NCBI GenBank assembly: GCA_048938855.1
Contig: JBHLLT010000003.1
Span: forward strand, 32,001 to 96,000
Length of the DNA stretch: 64,000 nt
Direction of reading: 5' to 3'
DNA from: Promethearchaeota archaeon
GTDB lineage: Archaea; Asgardarchaeota; Lokiarchaeia; Sigyniarchaeales; SOKP01
A program made the position numbers and the translations under genes. The notes under the pieces are model-generated. The model made no database searches, had not been told where the DNA came from, and saw only the letters and a program-made list of their open reading frames with translations. Shown here in pieces: positions 21,201 to 30,843 of this stretch; the stretch's first letter is position 1, and the number at the start of each line of letters is the position of its first letter.

Positions 21201-21651
21201 TCTCCCATTGAACACTAGTTTTTTGATAGGCATTTGTAGTAGTTCCAAGATGTTCAGCCCACAAGTGGGAAGCAAAACAACCATATTTATTAATTTCATA
21301 CCCTTGAGTAGGATAAACGGGTATCTCTGGGTTTGTATTATTATACCAGCCTTCTGATGTTGAAGAATTTGGGGTTCCTGATATTAAAGTGATTGTATAA
21401 GTTTCTCCTTGAACATTAAAATTTGCTTGTCCAGCACTGATATCATTATTAACATCAGTTACGTCTCCATTAATTTCGGAAATCCAATTAGCATTATCAT
21501 TAAAATCTGGATTTTGGATCCACTGTTCAAGATAAGTCGTTTTTGTCAATTGCTGAGCCCTTACGGGCATGATAAACATGTTGGTAAAAAATAGAAAAGA
21601 TGCTAAAATAATTAATATTTTTAAGATTTTCTTTTTAGATTTTAAATTCAT
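18217..21651 (-). CDS. Uncharacterised cell-surface protein with two tandem copies of the domain (array member 3)
   Basis: Signal peptide - domain - TM - basic linker - TM - domain - TM - tail. Confidence 0.85.
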   Translation of the reverse strand: MNLKSKKKILKILIILASFLFFTNMFIMPVRAQQLTKTTYLEQWIQNPDFNDNANWISEINGDVTDVNNDISAGQANFNVQGETYTITLISGTPNSSTSEGWYNNTNPEIPVYPTQGYEINKYGCFASHLWAEHLGTTTNAYQKTSVQWEKVITTPQNMSDYTITNATLDVKINATAKSFVGCGSGDVWHWEGVEAVGDTTGVVRFIEGDFIRFFVRLSTLNKDVNYKVAQFQTTTLGEDGAEVNGSYDYLNDMIFYADNIEDLIFFLNQVLENGDYQNFLIILGMEFNCEDNCSTDLDEFTGAYFKSCNFTISYIKKINRLTSASWKYLGNPIDNRGGAVEINYANLQFDYKISKEWSEDLSPNSEIRILINDNEHTESISLKFAEENFKPAKIGGFEIGYLIPNNEEINLSIQVFLADKFNLKDDITISIDNVILNISYDVFLPTRDNDLFIILLIVALTGSVLLGGYFVYYRLVLRFPRQVRKIRKFRRTLNKKEPPNVPIKSRQKAFNSNYNRELKKTSNVVTLKPPTKTVSKIPKSNSSKENIELAKKLVIIFMIIIGLIFIPMIGYFFPNYVGKNKLMSLNMLQVQNPLLFNRISHHEQWIENSNFDVNDNWTTFMEGDATDLSLNIDNSSANYEIIGDYGTQNFYEDGTSANWTKLQNEDNIVLPDYFDPISSGGSGMDDRGWYSYFFWPDNQPQSVKVQWRKNFTMNVNMSDYYITSASLEAWINGTVDDSPVNGGGIDRPGDTLAGGTTVQIATGDFARFFIMISDVDKNREFIATQYQTDDLGKDGPPGITQLNDTLITPVNEETLIFYLEQALQYDHQNFAITLGMYFWCEDSGHPGDSDDWQMMIIKNFSLSISYEKRINQFNTGSWTYHGKQIEANGYRVEVRDAQLKFETKLNKLWPSDLSPNSKFKISINGVEHNETVRLNDIGMIFQNVSETGFNVGSIIPNDDEINVTIQVFLADEFALGENIKISIDNVSLWISYDIFIPIKEFILYEILFVLACIGIGGLASYVILYQRIFKYPKTVRKVRKFRKSLNKEKTPEIPIVSQEFAFKHLYNKEVAKISQELNTNLLLHKGEKAKSKDIVMKSEILPQSGQDEKINSEELITKSLKKKEELDKIIKDSIGNELNNDTS

Positions 21652-21844
21652 AATTCAGATTAACCTCATTAATAATAAAAATCAACAAGTCATATTCATT
21701 TTTATTGTTTAATATAGTTATTAGTATTATACTTGAAATTTCACACGTAAATTAAATAAAATTAATAATAATAAGTTACTTAAGAAATTATTATATATAT
21801 TTCATTAACTGAGTTATAATAAAACATTTAAGAGGAATCTAAAA

Positions 21845-23098
21845 TTGATCCAAGGAATTTTAACATTTCAGTTCAAAATCAATCAAAAAGATACGGGCGA
21901 AATAGAACCGGAATTTGAACCTGTTCAATTAGTATTCAGGGAAGATAAATACGATGAAGAGGATTTTTCAGAATTATTAGCTGAAAATGATATTTTCGCG
22001 ATTTTTTATCAACATACTACGGGACTTTTCGGAGTCAAATATAGTTATAGTAATTTTTATGAGGGAAGACTAAAAGAGACTCCATATCAAGTAGTATCAT
22101 ATTTCAAACAAGTAGCAGATGGAACACAGTACTTAGCAATATCTATATTTGAGTTGGATGATGAAATTGGAATTTTTGAAGATTTAATAAAAGAAATGGG
22201 GAATCGATTAGATGTCATATTTGATAAATTAACAAGAGCACGGAATTCGAAACAGCTCTCTTTAATTGAAAATATTAATATTAGGCTAAAAAATGAAATT
22301 AAATTCACGATATTTCAAGTTGATAGACTATCCAGTTTAGATAAGCTTCAAAAAGCGGCGCTAATCTATAATAGTGAAGAACGTTTAAAGATATTGGAAA
22401 TTTTACGTAGAGCTCCGATATCGAAAAAGGATATGAAAAGTATTTTAGAAAAAATAACTGCAAATATCAATATTGATATTTTACTTCAACCATTTTTAGA
22501 GTTAAATATTATTAGAAGAGATTGGATAAAGGGGGAAAAAGATAAAAAAACAGGAGAGATAACACATCAAGGAGAATATTTATTCCTTGTTAAGGATATA
22601 ATGCTTGTTCGCGTTCCAAATGAAAATCTCTTAAACCACTTTAAGGACACAAAAAATGAATTATTACCTCTTTATAAACAAAAAGTTATTGACTTCTTTG
22701 CAAACTACGATCCTTATGCTGAAACTATTGAGGAAACGAGAAAATTAGCCGCGATTATTTTAAATCCAGATGTTTATGATTTCTTCGTATTGATGAGACA
22801 TAATCATTACCCATTGGACAAAATACCAAAAATATTTTCCGAATTTGCAGTTACAGAGATTTTACTGGATGATTTGAAAAAACTTAATATTATAACCGAG
22901 GTTATTGACGATAATAATAGGAAATGGATATGTTTATTAACGGATATTAAACCTTTGATAATTTTTCCAGAATATCTACTTCCTAAAATAAGAGAAGCCT
23001 ATAAAAATCAAGAAACTGATGGAGCAATAACTTTTGAAATTGCTAAGAAAGCACTTAGCTTATTAGAAGTAACTTATCCTGAGAAAGTAACTTTTTAA
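21845..23098 (+). CDS. Hypothetical protein: possible N-terminal longin-like region plus winged-helix domain(s)
   Basis: 417-aa ORF with GAGG RBS; 'ERLKILEIL...ISKKDM...LQPFLELNIIRR' is wHTH-like. Confidence 0.6.
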   Translation: MIQGILTFQFKINQKDTGEIEPEFEPVQLVFREDKYDEEDFSELLAENDIFAIFYQHTTGLFGVKYSYSNFYEGRLKETPYQVVSYFKQVADGTQYLAISIFELDDEIGIFEDLIKEMGNRLDVIFDKLTRARNSKQLSLIENINIRLKNEIKFTIFQVDRLSSLDKLQKAALIYNSEERLKILEILRRAPISKKDMKSILEKITANINIDILLQPFLELNIIRRDWIKGEKDKKTGEITHQGEYLFLVKDIMLVRVPNENLLNHFKDTKNELLPLYKQKVIDFFANYDPYAETIEETRKLAAIILNPDVYDFFVLMRHNHYPLDKIPKIFSEFAVTEILLDDLKKLNIITEVIDDNNRKWICLLTDIKPLIIFPEYLLPKIREAYKNQETDGAITFEIAKKALSLLEVTYPEKVTF

Positions 23099-23128
23099 AG
23101 TTTAAAAAAAAGAGGATGATTAGAAAAA

Positions 23129-25330
23129 ATGTATATGTTTAAAGATAAAGATATTGTAGAAGTTCCAATTACATGTAAAATATGTCTAAAAGAGATTAAA
23201 TTTCTAATTTCAGCGGACGAATATAAAGAAATCAAAAAATTCCCAATTACAAAGGAAAATATTCATGGAGATCCACCTCACAAAATAATTGTTTTTTTAA
23301 ATCAATATTTAGAAATTGAAAATTTTGAAATAAAGAATGTAATTGAAAAAACTGAAGAGGTTTCTTATTCAAAAGAGCTAACCAAACAAGTACTAAGTGA
23401 AATTGATTTATCCGATGATGAAATTGAACTCTATTTTCGTACAACAGGTCGAGAAGCAGTCTCTATTGGCGAAATGTCTATTTTAATCAATAAATCGAAA
23501 GAAGATTGTAAAAAAATTGCAGAAAAATTTGTGGACAAAGGGTTATTTAAAGAAATCGTTGGTGCAACACCTCATTTTCAAGCTTTACCTCCTTATGCTG
23601 CCTTAATTGCTCAATTACAAAATTTTTATAAATACATTTCAGATATTAAATCAAAAATTCCTAAACAATTAGATGTTTCTTTCGCTAAATTAGAAAGTCA
23701 AACAGAAGGAATGGAGAGATTAAAAGATTCGAGCGAAGTGATGGATGGATTAAAAGAAAAAATGCTATCTCAAATTCAAGCTCAAAAGAAGGAATTCGAT
23801 AGCACAATTTCTGCAATTGATCAGATTAGAACAATTTCAGAAGATATATCTCAACTTGGAGATATCACAAAATCACTCACAGATGATCAATTGGGTTCTT
23901 TATCAAAACAATTTGAAAATCTTAATGTCAGGACATCTCAAATAATTAAAAATCAAGTAGATGATCTTAGGGATCAGTTTGGCGATATTAAAAACACAAT
24001 TACAGATAATTTACAGAAATTAAGATTAGGTGTAATTCAACAGGCAGTAGGAGATGTAATTGATAAGGTCATAGCCTCTCGCTTAAAAGATATAACTGAT
24101 AACTTAAATGTGCAATTAAGTGTTAGTCAAACTGTTTTTGCTGATGAATTAAAAAAAGCTACTCAGGGGATAAATACAGAAGTAGTTTCAAAATTACAGG
24201 ATTCACTTCAAGAAGCTGTTAAGAATATTGATTCAATTACGGCAAAATCTGGTGAAGATAAGAATAAAATATTTTCTGATCTTTCAGACAATTTCAATAA
24301 GGCTGTAAAATTAGCGGAAGAAAGAATTGATGGCCTTTCAGGAGGTATTTTTGAATCATTTGGGAATATAAAAGATATATTTGGAAAAGGGATTGTTGAT
24401 ACTTTGGATAATACATTATCAGATATTATGAGCCGACTGGAAGTTAGTGAAATTACTACTAGAGAATTCTGGGAACAAGCTAAAGGAAGACGAGGTATTA
24501 CGATGAAAGATATCTGGTTTATTCGCTCTCCAGAAGCAGCTAAAGCTCATATTAATGATGAGATTTCGAAAGCAAAGATGAGAGTTTTAATTGTTGCTCC
24601 AAATCTTTCCGATATTGACATTGAGGCTATTAAATCTCGACCCTCGCGTATTAATTTCAGAATTGCAGCATATATTGATCCAACTATACCTGAACATGAA
24701 GCAATAATGAGAGAGATGGATAAAATGGATAATGTAGACTATAGAAACCGAGGACTTCAAAATCTTTGGGGTATTAATAAAGACTATGAAGAAGTAATAT
24801 TATGCGTTCTTTCAAAAACTGAGTTTAGAGGAGAAACAATTACAGAAATCGCAGGTATTGGAAGTATTATAGAAGAACACATCAAAATATTTGTTCCAAT
24901 AATAGAAGAGGCTTGGGTAGGAGCAAGAAAAGAAATCATGCGTACAATTAAAAAACCAGTATTAGAAGAACCATTGAAAGAAGAACCTTTACGTGAAGAA
25001 CCTTTTGTATCCACTCCTGCAATAACCATCCCTCCTGAAGAAGAAGCCCCAGAAACAGAAAAAGTCGTTGAAGCGCCTAAACCAACCATATTATCAAACC
25101 AATTTGATGAGATTATTAATAATCTTGACAATATGACTGGAACTGAAATATCTTTAGCATTAGAACGATTTCAAAATGAATATGTAAAACTTGAAGGCTA
25201 TAATAGCGTTTTGAAAAATGTACACAACACAAGTATAGAATTAAAGAGCAATCCTGAAAAATTGAGTAGTCCAGAAAAAGACGAATTAAAATTATCAATG
25301 AAAATCTGGAAACAGAAGCTAAATCTTTAA
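23129..25330 (+). CDS. TrmB-like HTH protein with long coiled coil and PLD-like/TrmB effector domain
   Basis: N-terminal CxxC...HG.P.H, TrmB-like HTH ending 'QALPP', ~300-aa helical region, 'DIWFIRS...I.KAK.RVLIVAP'. Confidence 0.6.
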   Translation: MYMFKDKDIVEVPITCKICLKEIKFLISADEYKEIKKFPITKENIHGDPPHKIIVFLNQYLEIENFEIKNVIEKTEEVSYSKELTKQVLSEIDLSDDEIELYFRTTGREAVSIGEMSILINKSKEDCKKIAEKFVDKGLFKEIVGATPHFQALPPYAALIAQLQNFYKYISDIKSKIPKQLDVSFAKLESQTEGMERLKDSSEVMDGLKEKMLSQIQAQKKEFDSTISAIDQIRTISEDISQLGDITKSLTDDQLGSLSKQFENLNVRTSQIIKNQVDDLRDQFGDIKNTITDNLQKLRLGVIQQAVGDVIDKVIASRLKDITDNLNVQLSVSQTVFADELKKATQGINTEVVSKLQDSLQEAVKNIDSITAKSGEDKNKIFSDLSDNFNKAVKLAEERIDGLSGGIFESFGNIKDIFGKGIVDTLDNTLSDIMSRLEVSEITTREFWEQAKGRRGITMKDIWFIRSPEAAKAHINDEISKAKMRVLIVAPNLSDIDIEAIKSRPSRINFRIAAYIDPTIPEHEAIMREMDKMDNVDYRNRGLQNLWGINKDYEEVILCVLSKTEFRGETITEIAGIGSIIEEHIKIFVPIIEEAWVGARKEIMRTIKKPVLEEPLKEEPLREEPFVSTPAITIPPEEEAPETEKVVEAPKPTILSNQFDEIINNLDNMTGTEISLALERFQNEYVKLEGYNSVLKNVHNTSIELKSNPEKLSSPEKDELKLSMKIWKQKLNL

Positions 25331-25456
25331 ATGATTATTTTTTTTTAATATTAAAATTATGTAAAGTTGACTATTTTTCATAATCAAATATCTTTCTCTT
25401 TAAAGATGTATATAAGATAAGAATTCTAAAATTATCCTTGATAAAATTATAATTAA

Positions 25457-26683
25457 TTGATATCATTAGATTTTATAATGGATGGAATTGTAGATCAATT
25501 CGATGTTTGCATCATTGGGGGAAGCATTGCTGGCAATTATTTATGTTATTTATTATCAAAAACGCATTTAAAAATAGTGGTTATTGAAGAACATAAAGAA
25601 ATTGGATATCCTCTACAATGTGCAGGCATTCTTTCTCAAAAATTAAGTAATTTAATTGATTTACCAGAAGAAATCATTATAAATAGAGTAAATACAGCAA
25701 AAATCATCGCTCCCTCTGGAGATTATATTAAATTATCCGGAGCTGAAAGACCATATGTAATTAATAGAATAGCGTTGGATAAGCTATATTATGAGAAAAT
25801 AAAAGATCTTAATAATATCATTTATTATTTTGAAGAAAAATTCAAATCTTTCAAATATGTGATCGAGGATAGAAAAAAGTTACTATTAATTGAGACTACT
25901 AAAAGAATAATCAAATCAAAATTATTAATTGGATGCGATGGCCCTTTAAGTACAGTTGGCAAGATATTAAGAGTTAGAAATAAGATTTTGTATGCTTCTC
26001 AAATAAGAATTAAGAATAAGTTCAATCAAGATGAAGCTGCAATGTATTTTAACCCAAAATGGAAAGAACTGTTTGGATGGATTGTCCCTGAAGGGAATAG
26101 TATATTCAGAATTGGCTTAGCTTCTTTAATGAATGTAAATACTAATTTCAAAAATTTCATTAAATCACTTGGGATTGAAAAAAGCCAAGCAATTGATAGA
26201 CAAGGAGGGTTAATACCATACGGTATTATGAATAAGGTTGCTTTTGATAATATTCTATTATTAGGAGACTCTGCATGCCAAGTAAAAGCAACCACAGGAG
26301 GCGGTATTATTTTATTATTAATAAGTGCTAAATTTGCTGCTAATTGTATAATAAACTGTTTTAAAAGTGATATATTTTCAAAAAGGTATATTAGAAAACA
26401 TTACGGAAAGCCTTGTGCATCTACTGTTGGAAAAGAATTAAAAATACATTATTTAATCAGAATCTTTTTAGAGAATTTAACTGAAAAGGATTTTAAAATT
26501 CTCTTTAAAATCATTAGAACAACAAAGATCGGACATTTAATCTCTTTTTATGGTGATATGGATTTCCCAAGAGTTTTAGTATTAAATTTGTTAAAGAATC
26601 CACTTGTTATTTCCTTCTTATTAAAGTATTTGCTAAAAAATCCAACAATTATCATCAGGTTTCTAAAAATCCTAAAAATATGA
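25457..26683 (+). CDS. Geranylgeranyl reductase family (digeranylgeranylglycerophospholipid reductase-like)
   Basis: 'IG.PLQCAG', GCDG, FGWIVP, LLGDSA.QVK.TTGGGI; likely start ATG at 25478. Confidence 0.85.
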   Translation: MISLDFIMDGIVDQFDVCIIGGSIAGNYLCYLLSKTHLKIVVIEEHKEIGYPLQCAGILSQKLSNLIDLPEEIIINRVNTAKIIAPSGDYIKLSGAERPYVINRIALDKLYYEKIKDLNNIIYYFEEKFKSFKYVIEDRKKLLLIETTKRIIKSKLLIGCDGPLSTVGKILRVRNKILYASQIRIKNKFNQDEAAMYFNPKWKELFGWIVPEGNSIFRIGLASLMNVNTNFKNFIKSLGIEKSQAIDRQGGLIPYGIMNKVAFDNILLLGDSACQVKATTGGGIILLLISAKFAANCIINCFKSDIFSKRYIRKHYGKPCASTVGKELKIHYLIRIFLENLTEKDFKILFKIIRTTKIGHLISFYGDMDFPRVLVLNLLKNPLVISFLLKYLLKNPTIIIRFLKILKI

Positions 26684-26684
26684 A

Positions 26685-27044
26685 TTATGGAGGTACCATA
26701 GAGAAGAAGGCTATTTGGTAAAATAAAAAATACCAAATTATCATAAACGATGCCACTGCGACTGTGGAAATCAAACCAAAACCTTTTACACCTCTAGGAA
26801 TGCCAAGACCTTCGGTATTATTTCTTTGAATAAAAGCTCTTATCATTGCCACAACATATATTAAGAAGATTATTAGAGCAACAATCCATAGAAATAGCAT
26901 TAATAGTGATAAAGTATATACAGGAAAACTGTTTAACCATACCCAAAACCTTATTATTAAATAAGTTGGAATTACTGAATATATAACTGCTGTAAATAAA
27001 AACACTATTCCCCATGCTATCCCTTTGATAGCCATTTTTACCAA
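26685..27044 (-). CDS. Small hypothetical membrane protein (3 TM)
   Basis: Three hydrophobic segments; AGGT RBS-like sequence upstream. Confidence 0.7.
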   Translation of the reverse strand: MVKMAIKGIAWGIVFLFTAVIYSVIPTYLIIRFWVWLNSFPVYTLSLLMLFLWIVALIIFLIYVVAMIRAFIQRNNTEGLGIPRGVKGFGLISTVAVASFMIIWYFLFYQIAFFSMVPP

Positions 27045-27168
27045 CCTATAATTATTTTTTGGGTTAATTGTTTGATTATTTTTATTTATTATAATTTAAA
27101 AGATTTGCTGGAAACGTTTTTTCATTACAAAATCTTTGATATCAAGCCTAACCTATTAAAAATTAATT

Positions 27169-28215
27169 TCAAATTATGTTTTTTATTAACCAACGCATTG
27201 CGTTCATTAATTTTTCATCTTCTTTTAGAATATTTATTGGATAATATTTCACTTTAATTCCAATTTCTCTTAATTCTTTTATTTCAAAGGTTTCGTAAAC
27301 GAATTTAGAATTCAAACCTTTTTTATCAAAAAATTTATTGCCAATAATTAAAATTGGTGCTAAATCTGTTTCCATTTCTAAACGGGTATTATCAACAATT
27401 TTAAAAATTTCTTTTGTCTGAATAGCTGAATCCTTTTCTGATAGATTAAAAAGTAGAATAAAGCCTTGGGAGAGATTAATACAATTTTGTAAATTTTTAA
27501 ATTCTCTGCATTCAAAAGCACTGAACTCGTTGTCATATTTTAAAATTTCAAGATTTTCAATAACAACCTCAAAAATCCTGCTTGGTAAATCATTTCTTTT
27601 AATATTTAGGAATTGAATTAATTCAATATTCTTTAAAAGAGTTGTTTTTCCTGCCATTGGAGCCCCAATAATGAATATTTTTTTTATCAAGCGTTTATCC
27701 TTTATAGGAGTTTCTAACAAATATTTGGGGGATAATTTCACAAAATATTTATTAAAAATTATTAAGAATTTCTTTCTTAATTCTTCATTTGCTAGATCTA
27801 ATGCATATTCCACTGTTCTTTTACTTTTTTTTGCGTGTAAAATTGATATAATATCTTTTAGTTTTTGTATTTCTCCAGCAAATTCACTTAATACAGGTGC
27901 TTTAGAATCTAAATATTTGAAAACATCGACTATTTCATCCTTAAAAATCGCTGTTTTAATCATATACGTAATCATCAATAGTTCTTTGCCGCCACGAGCT
28001 AAATCGGAATCCATATAAAAAATATGATTGACCGTTTGGAATTTTCTATAAGCAAAAATAAACGTACCTTCCTCATCATTGAATTCGAGGATTTTATTTA
28101 CATCTGGGGCGTCAGAAGATTTAGAAAGACTTTCACTTGAATATAATGTATTTGGTCCGATAACTTGGTCAAAATAAGTTATAGTTAGAATTTGGTTTGA
28201 ACTTTGTGTCATCAT
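27169..28215 (-). CDS. Folliculin/uDENN-like longin domain fused to a degenerate small GTPase
   Basis: 'YFDQVIGP' and 'HIFYMDSDLARGG' longin motifs; GAPMAGKTT P-loop; no DxxG; 'IIGNKFF' at G4. Confidence 0.7.
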   Translation of the reverse strand: MMTQSSNQILTITYFDQVIGPNTLYSSESLSKSSDAPDVNKILEFNDEEGTFIFAYRKFQTVNHIFYMDSDLARGGKELLMITYMIKTAIFKDEIVDVFKYLDSKAPVLSEFAGEIQKLKDIISILHAKKSKRTVEYALDLANEELRKKFLIIFNKYFVKLSPKYLLETPIKDKRLIKKIFIIGAPMAGKTTLLKNIELIQFLNIKRNDLPSRIFEVVIENLEILKYDNEFSAFECREFKNLQNCINLSQGFILLFNLSEKDSAIQTKEIFKIVDNTRLEMETDLAPILIIGNKFFDKKGLNSKFVYETFEIKELREIGIKVKYYPINILKEDEKLMNAMRWLIKNII

Positions 28216-28293
28216 TGAAAAAATAAGACTTGTTCAAATTTAAAACTTATAAATTTAATTTAAAAGATTTCTCTAAACTAAAAAAAAAGAAAT

Positions 28294-30006
28294 TTATAAA
28301 AATCGTGTTAATATGAAAGCCAAACCACTTTGCGGAGGGGACATTGTAATTACCAAGAAAGTACTCAAGACAGCATTTATTACTGCTGCAGAAATAATAT
28401 TGCCTGTTTTTTTATAAGTTATTACGGATACTGCTGACGTTAAAACAAACATGATGATAGCAATAGGAAGAAATACTCCGAAATAGAAGAAACTCCTCGT
28501 AATTCCGGCGACGATCAATAAATAAACAAAGAAATACAAGAATGGAAATATAAAACCTAAATATATAACTTTCAAGTTATTTTTCAGAGAATCAGAGAAT
28601 TTACTTTGAATTATCATTTGCATTAATATATTCTGAATTAAGATGACAAAGAAATATATAACAAAAAAGATAGGAATGGTCCAAATTTTATCTATTGAAG
28701 GTAATAATGCTAAATAATTTAACCCTATTGAGAAATATGAAATAACATATAATATTGCAGCTAAAATCACACCTAATACTAATTCTCTTAAGAGTTTATT
28801 TCTTCCACCACTAAATGGTTTTTTCAAGATATCTTTAAATGATAATTTTACTTTCTTACCAATTCTCCATATTAGGATTAACAGCCCGAAAACCTGACCA
28901 AATAATAAGGTTACCACAAATCCAGCTATTGCTAATGGCAAAATTAGCATTATAGGTATAAAAATGAACATCCCGGGAATACCAAGGGATAAAGAATAGA
29001 TTAAAGTTCTAATTGATATATTAGCAATCGAAGTTTCAGGGGTATCAATTTTATAAAAAATATCTTCCAAATCTCTATCGTTTTCTTCTTTTTTAGATAA
29101 TATTAATTGAGAAAATGGCTCAATAATTAAAAAGAAAAATCCAATACCTCCAATAACTTGAATTAATAATATAATTGCTCTTATATTTACATAAAAATTT
29201 TCATCCAAAACATTAAGATCAAATGAGTTTATAGCCCAATCTTTTGCCTCTCGAATGAAATCTTGATCCCAAGCTACCTTCAAATGATTACTATCATCAT
29301 CTAAATAAATCATTGTTGCATTTCCATGTTCAAAAGATCCATATATTTTATTTGAATATATATTTGATATTGGAATCCCTGTACGGTTTCCTACGCTATT
29401 CTTTAATTCGCTAAGTTTAATAGCTTCATCAAAAAGTGCTTGAATCATAAGAACATTTAGAGGATTAGTTGAATTCCCTTTTCTAAGTGTAGGATATAAC
29501 CACGTACCAATTCCAATAAAACATTTAAAAGACGTATCGTTATGAATCACACTTTGTCCCAAACCCCCCATACTATAACCAATATAACCTAATGAATTCA
29601 TATCAATATCGCTCATCCCATTTAAATAATCTTTTATAGCCAGAATATCTCTAAACATAGCATTATTATCTCCTGAAGTGCTTTGTCCATGTCCTCTAAA
29701 ATCAAATGGAACCGCAACAAAACCTGCAGCTGCCAGTTCTAATGCATATCCCTTTAACATTTCCTTGTTTGCCATAAATCCATGACCAATTATAATCGCA
29801 GGTTTACTCAATCCTCCACTTACAGGTTCAAAAACATTGAATGAAATTGTAACACCATCGGTCGTTCTAATAGATTTATTATATGTTGCTTTAACACTAA
29901 TTGGTACAGTAAAAATAAAAACTGTCCCTGTAATAAAGATCGCTAAAAAAATAGATAGTAGAATAATTCTCTTTTTAGTTATTTCAATCCTGTTCATATT
30001 AGTCAA
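28294..30006 (-). CDS. Alpha/beta hydrolase with multi-pass membrane C-terminal domain
   Basis: HGF, DFRGHG and GYSMG nucleophile elbow; about 8 C-terminal TM helices. Confidence 0.85.
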   Translation of the reverse strand: MTNMNRIEITKKRIILLSIFLAIFITGTVFIFTVPISVKATYNKSIRTTDGVTISFNVFEPVSGGLSKPAIIIGHGFMANKEMLKGYALELAAAGFVAVPFDFRGHGQSTSGDNNAMFRDILAIKDYLNGMSDIDMNSLGYIGYSMGGLGQSVIHNDTSFKCFIGIGTWLYPTLRKGNSTNPLNVLMIQALFDEAIKLSELKNSVGNRTGIPISNIYSNKIYGSFEHGNATMIYLDDDSNHLKVAWDQDFIREAKDWAINSFDLNVLDENFYVNIRAIILLIQVIGGIGFFFLIIEPFSQLILSKKEENDRDLEDIFYKIDTPETSIANISIRTLIYSLSLGIPGMFIFIPIMLILPLAIAGFVVTLLFGQVFGLLILIWRIGKKVKLSFKDILKKPFSGGRNKLLRELVLGVILAAILYVISYFSIGLNYLALLPSIDKIWTIPIFFVIYFFVILIQNILMQMIIQSKFSDSLKNNLKVIYLGFIFPFLYFFVYLLIVAGITRSFFYFGVFLPIAIIMFVLTSAVSVITYKKTGNIISAAVINAVLSTFLVITMSPPQSGLAFILTRFL

Positions 30007-30142
30007 TTTTAAAATATTTTGTGAAATAATATTAGTTAATTTATTAGATTTTAATGTTTATTAAGTTTAATTTTTCCTACAATAATTTTAAATTATGGAA
30101 TCAATTTATTAGGAATATAAAGATTTAAATATTTCTTTAAAT

Positions 30143-30811
30143 ATGGAGAATTTTGTAAAACGGATTAAATTAACTTATGTTAACTGTTATTTGGTCAAAG
30201 CTCGTGAAGGTTTTGTTTTAATTGACTCTGGATATCCTTCTAAACTCTCAAGTTTAGAGGAAGAACTTATATCAGAAGGAGTTAAGCCAGGAAATCTTAC
30301 TCTTATTATTATAACTCATGGTGATTTTGATCATATAGGAAATTGTGTATATCTCCGTGATAAGTATAAATCTAAAATTTTAATGCACTCGATGGAAGCT
30401 AAAACGGTTGAATCAGGAGATATGACATATAATAGAAAAGCTAAGACAGATAAACACTCTCTATTTTTTAGGTTGATTTCATCTTTTGGAGGATCTGAGA
30501 AATATCAGGGATTCTCGCCTGATCTCATAGTTTCTGATAATGAAGATCTTACTATTTATGGATTTGATGCGAAAATTATTCTGATACCGGGACATACAAA
30601 AGGTTCAATTGGAGTTTATACACAGGAGGGTAATTTTTTCTGTGGTGACTTACTAAAAAATTATAGAAAACCTAGCTTACATTTCTTTATAGATGATATG
30701 TCTAGTGCTCGGGAAAGTATAAATACTCTAATCAATTTGGGTGTAAAAAAAATCTTCCCTGGACATGGAAAACCATTTTTAATGGAAGAATTTCTTAAAC
30801 GATATAAGTAA
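30143..30811 (+). CDS. MBL-fold metallo-hydrolase
   Basis: THGDFDH, PGHT.GS, GD and PGHG motifs. Confidence 0.9.
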   Translation: MENFVKRIKLTYVNCYLVKAREGFVLIDSGYPSKLSSLEEELISEGVKPGNLTLIIITHGDFDHIGNCVYLRDKYKSKILMHSMEAKTVESGDMTYNRKAKTDKHSLFFRLISSFGGSEKYQGFSPDLIVSDNEDLTIYGFDAKIILIPGHTKGSIGVYTQEGNFFCGDLLKNYRKPSLHFFIDDMSSARESINTLINLGVKKIFPGHGKPFLMEEFLKRYK

Positions 30812-30843
30812 TAAAAAACCTAAAATAAGATTTGTTAATAGAG

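Noticed and set aside
24960-25005. EEPLK-EEPLR-EEPF short tandem repeat (gaagaacc x3, 15-nt period)
   Set aside because: Ordinary low-complexity linker expansion inside a CDS
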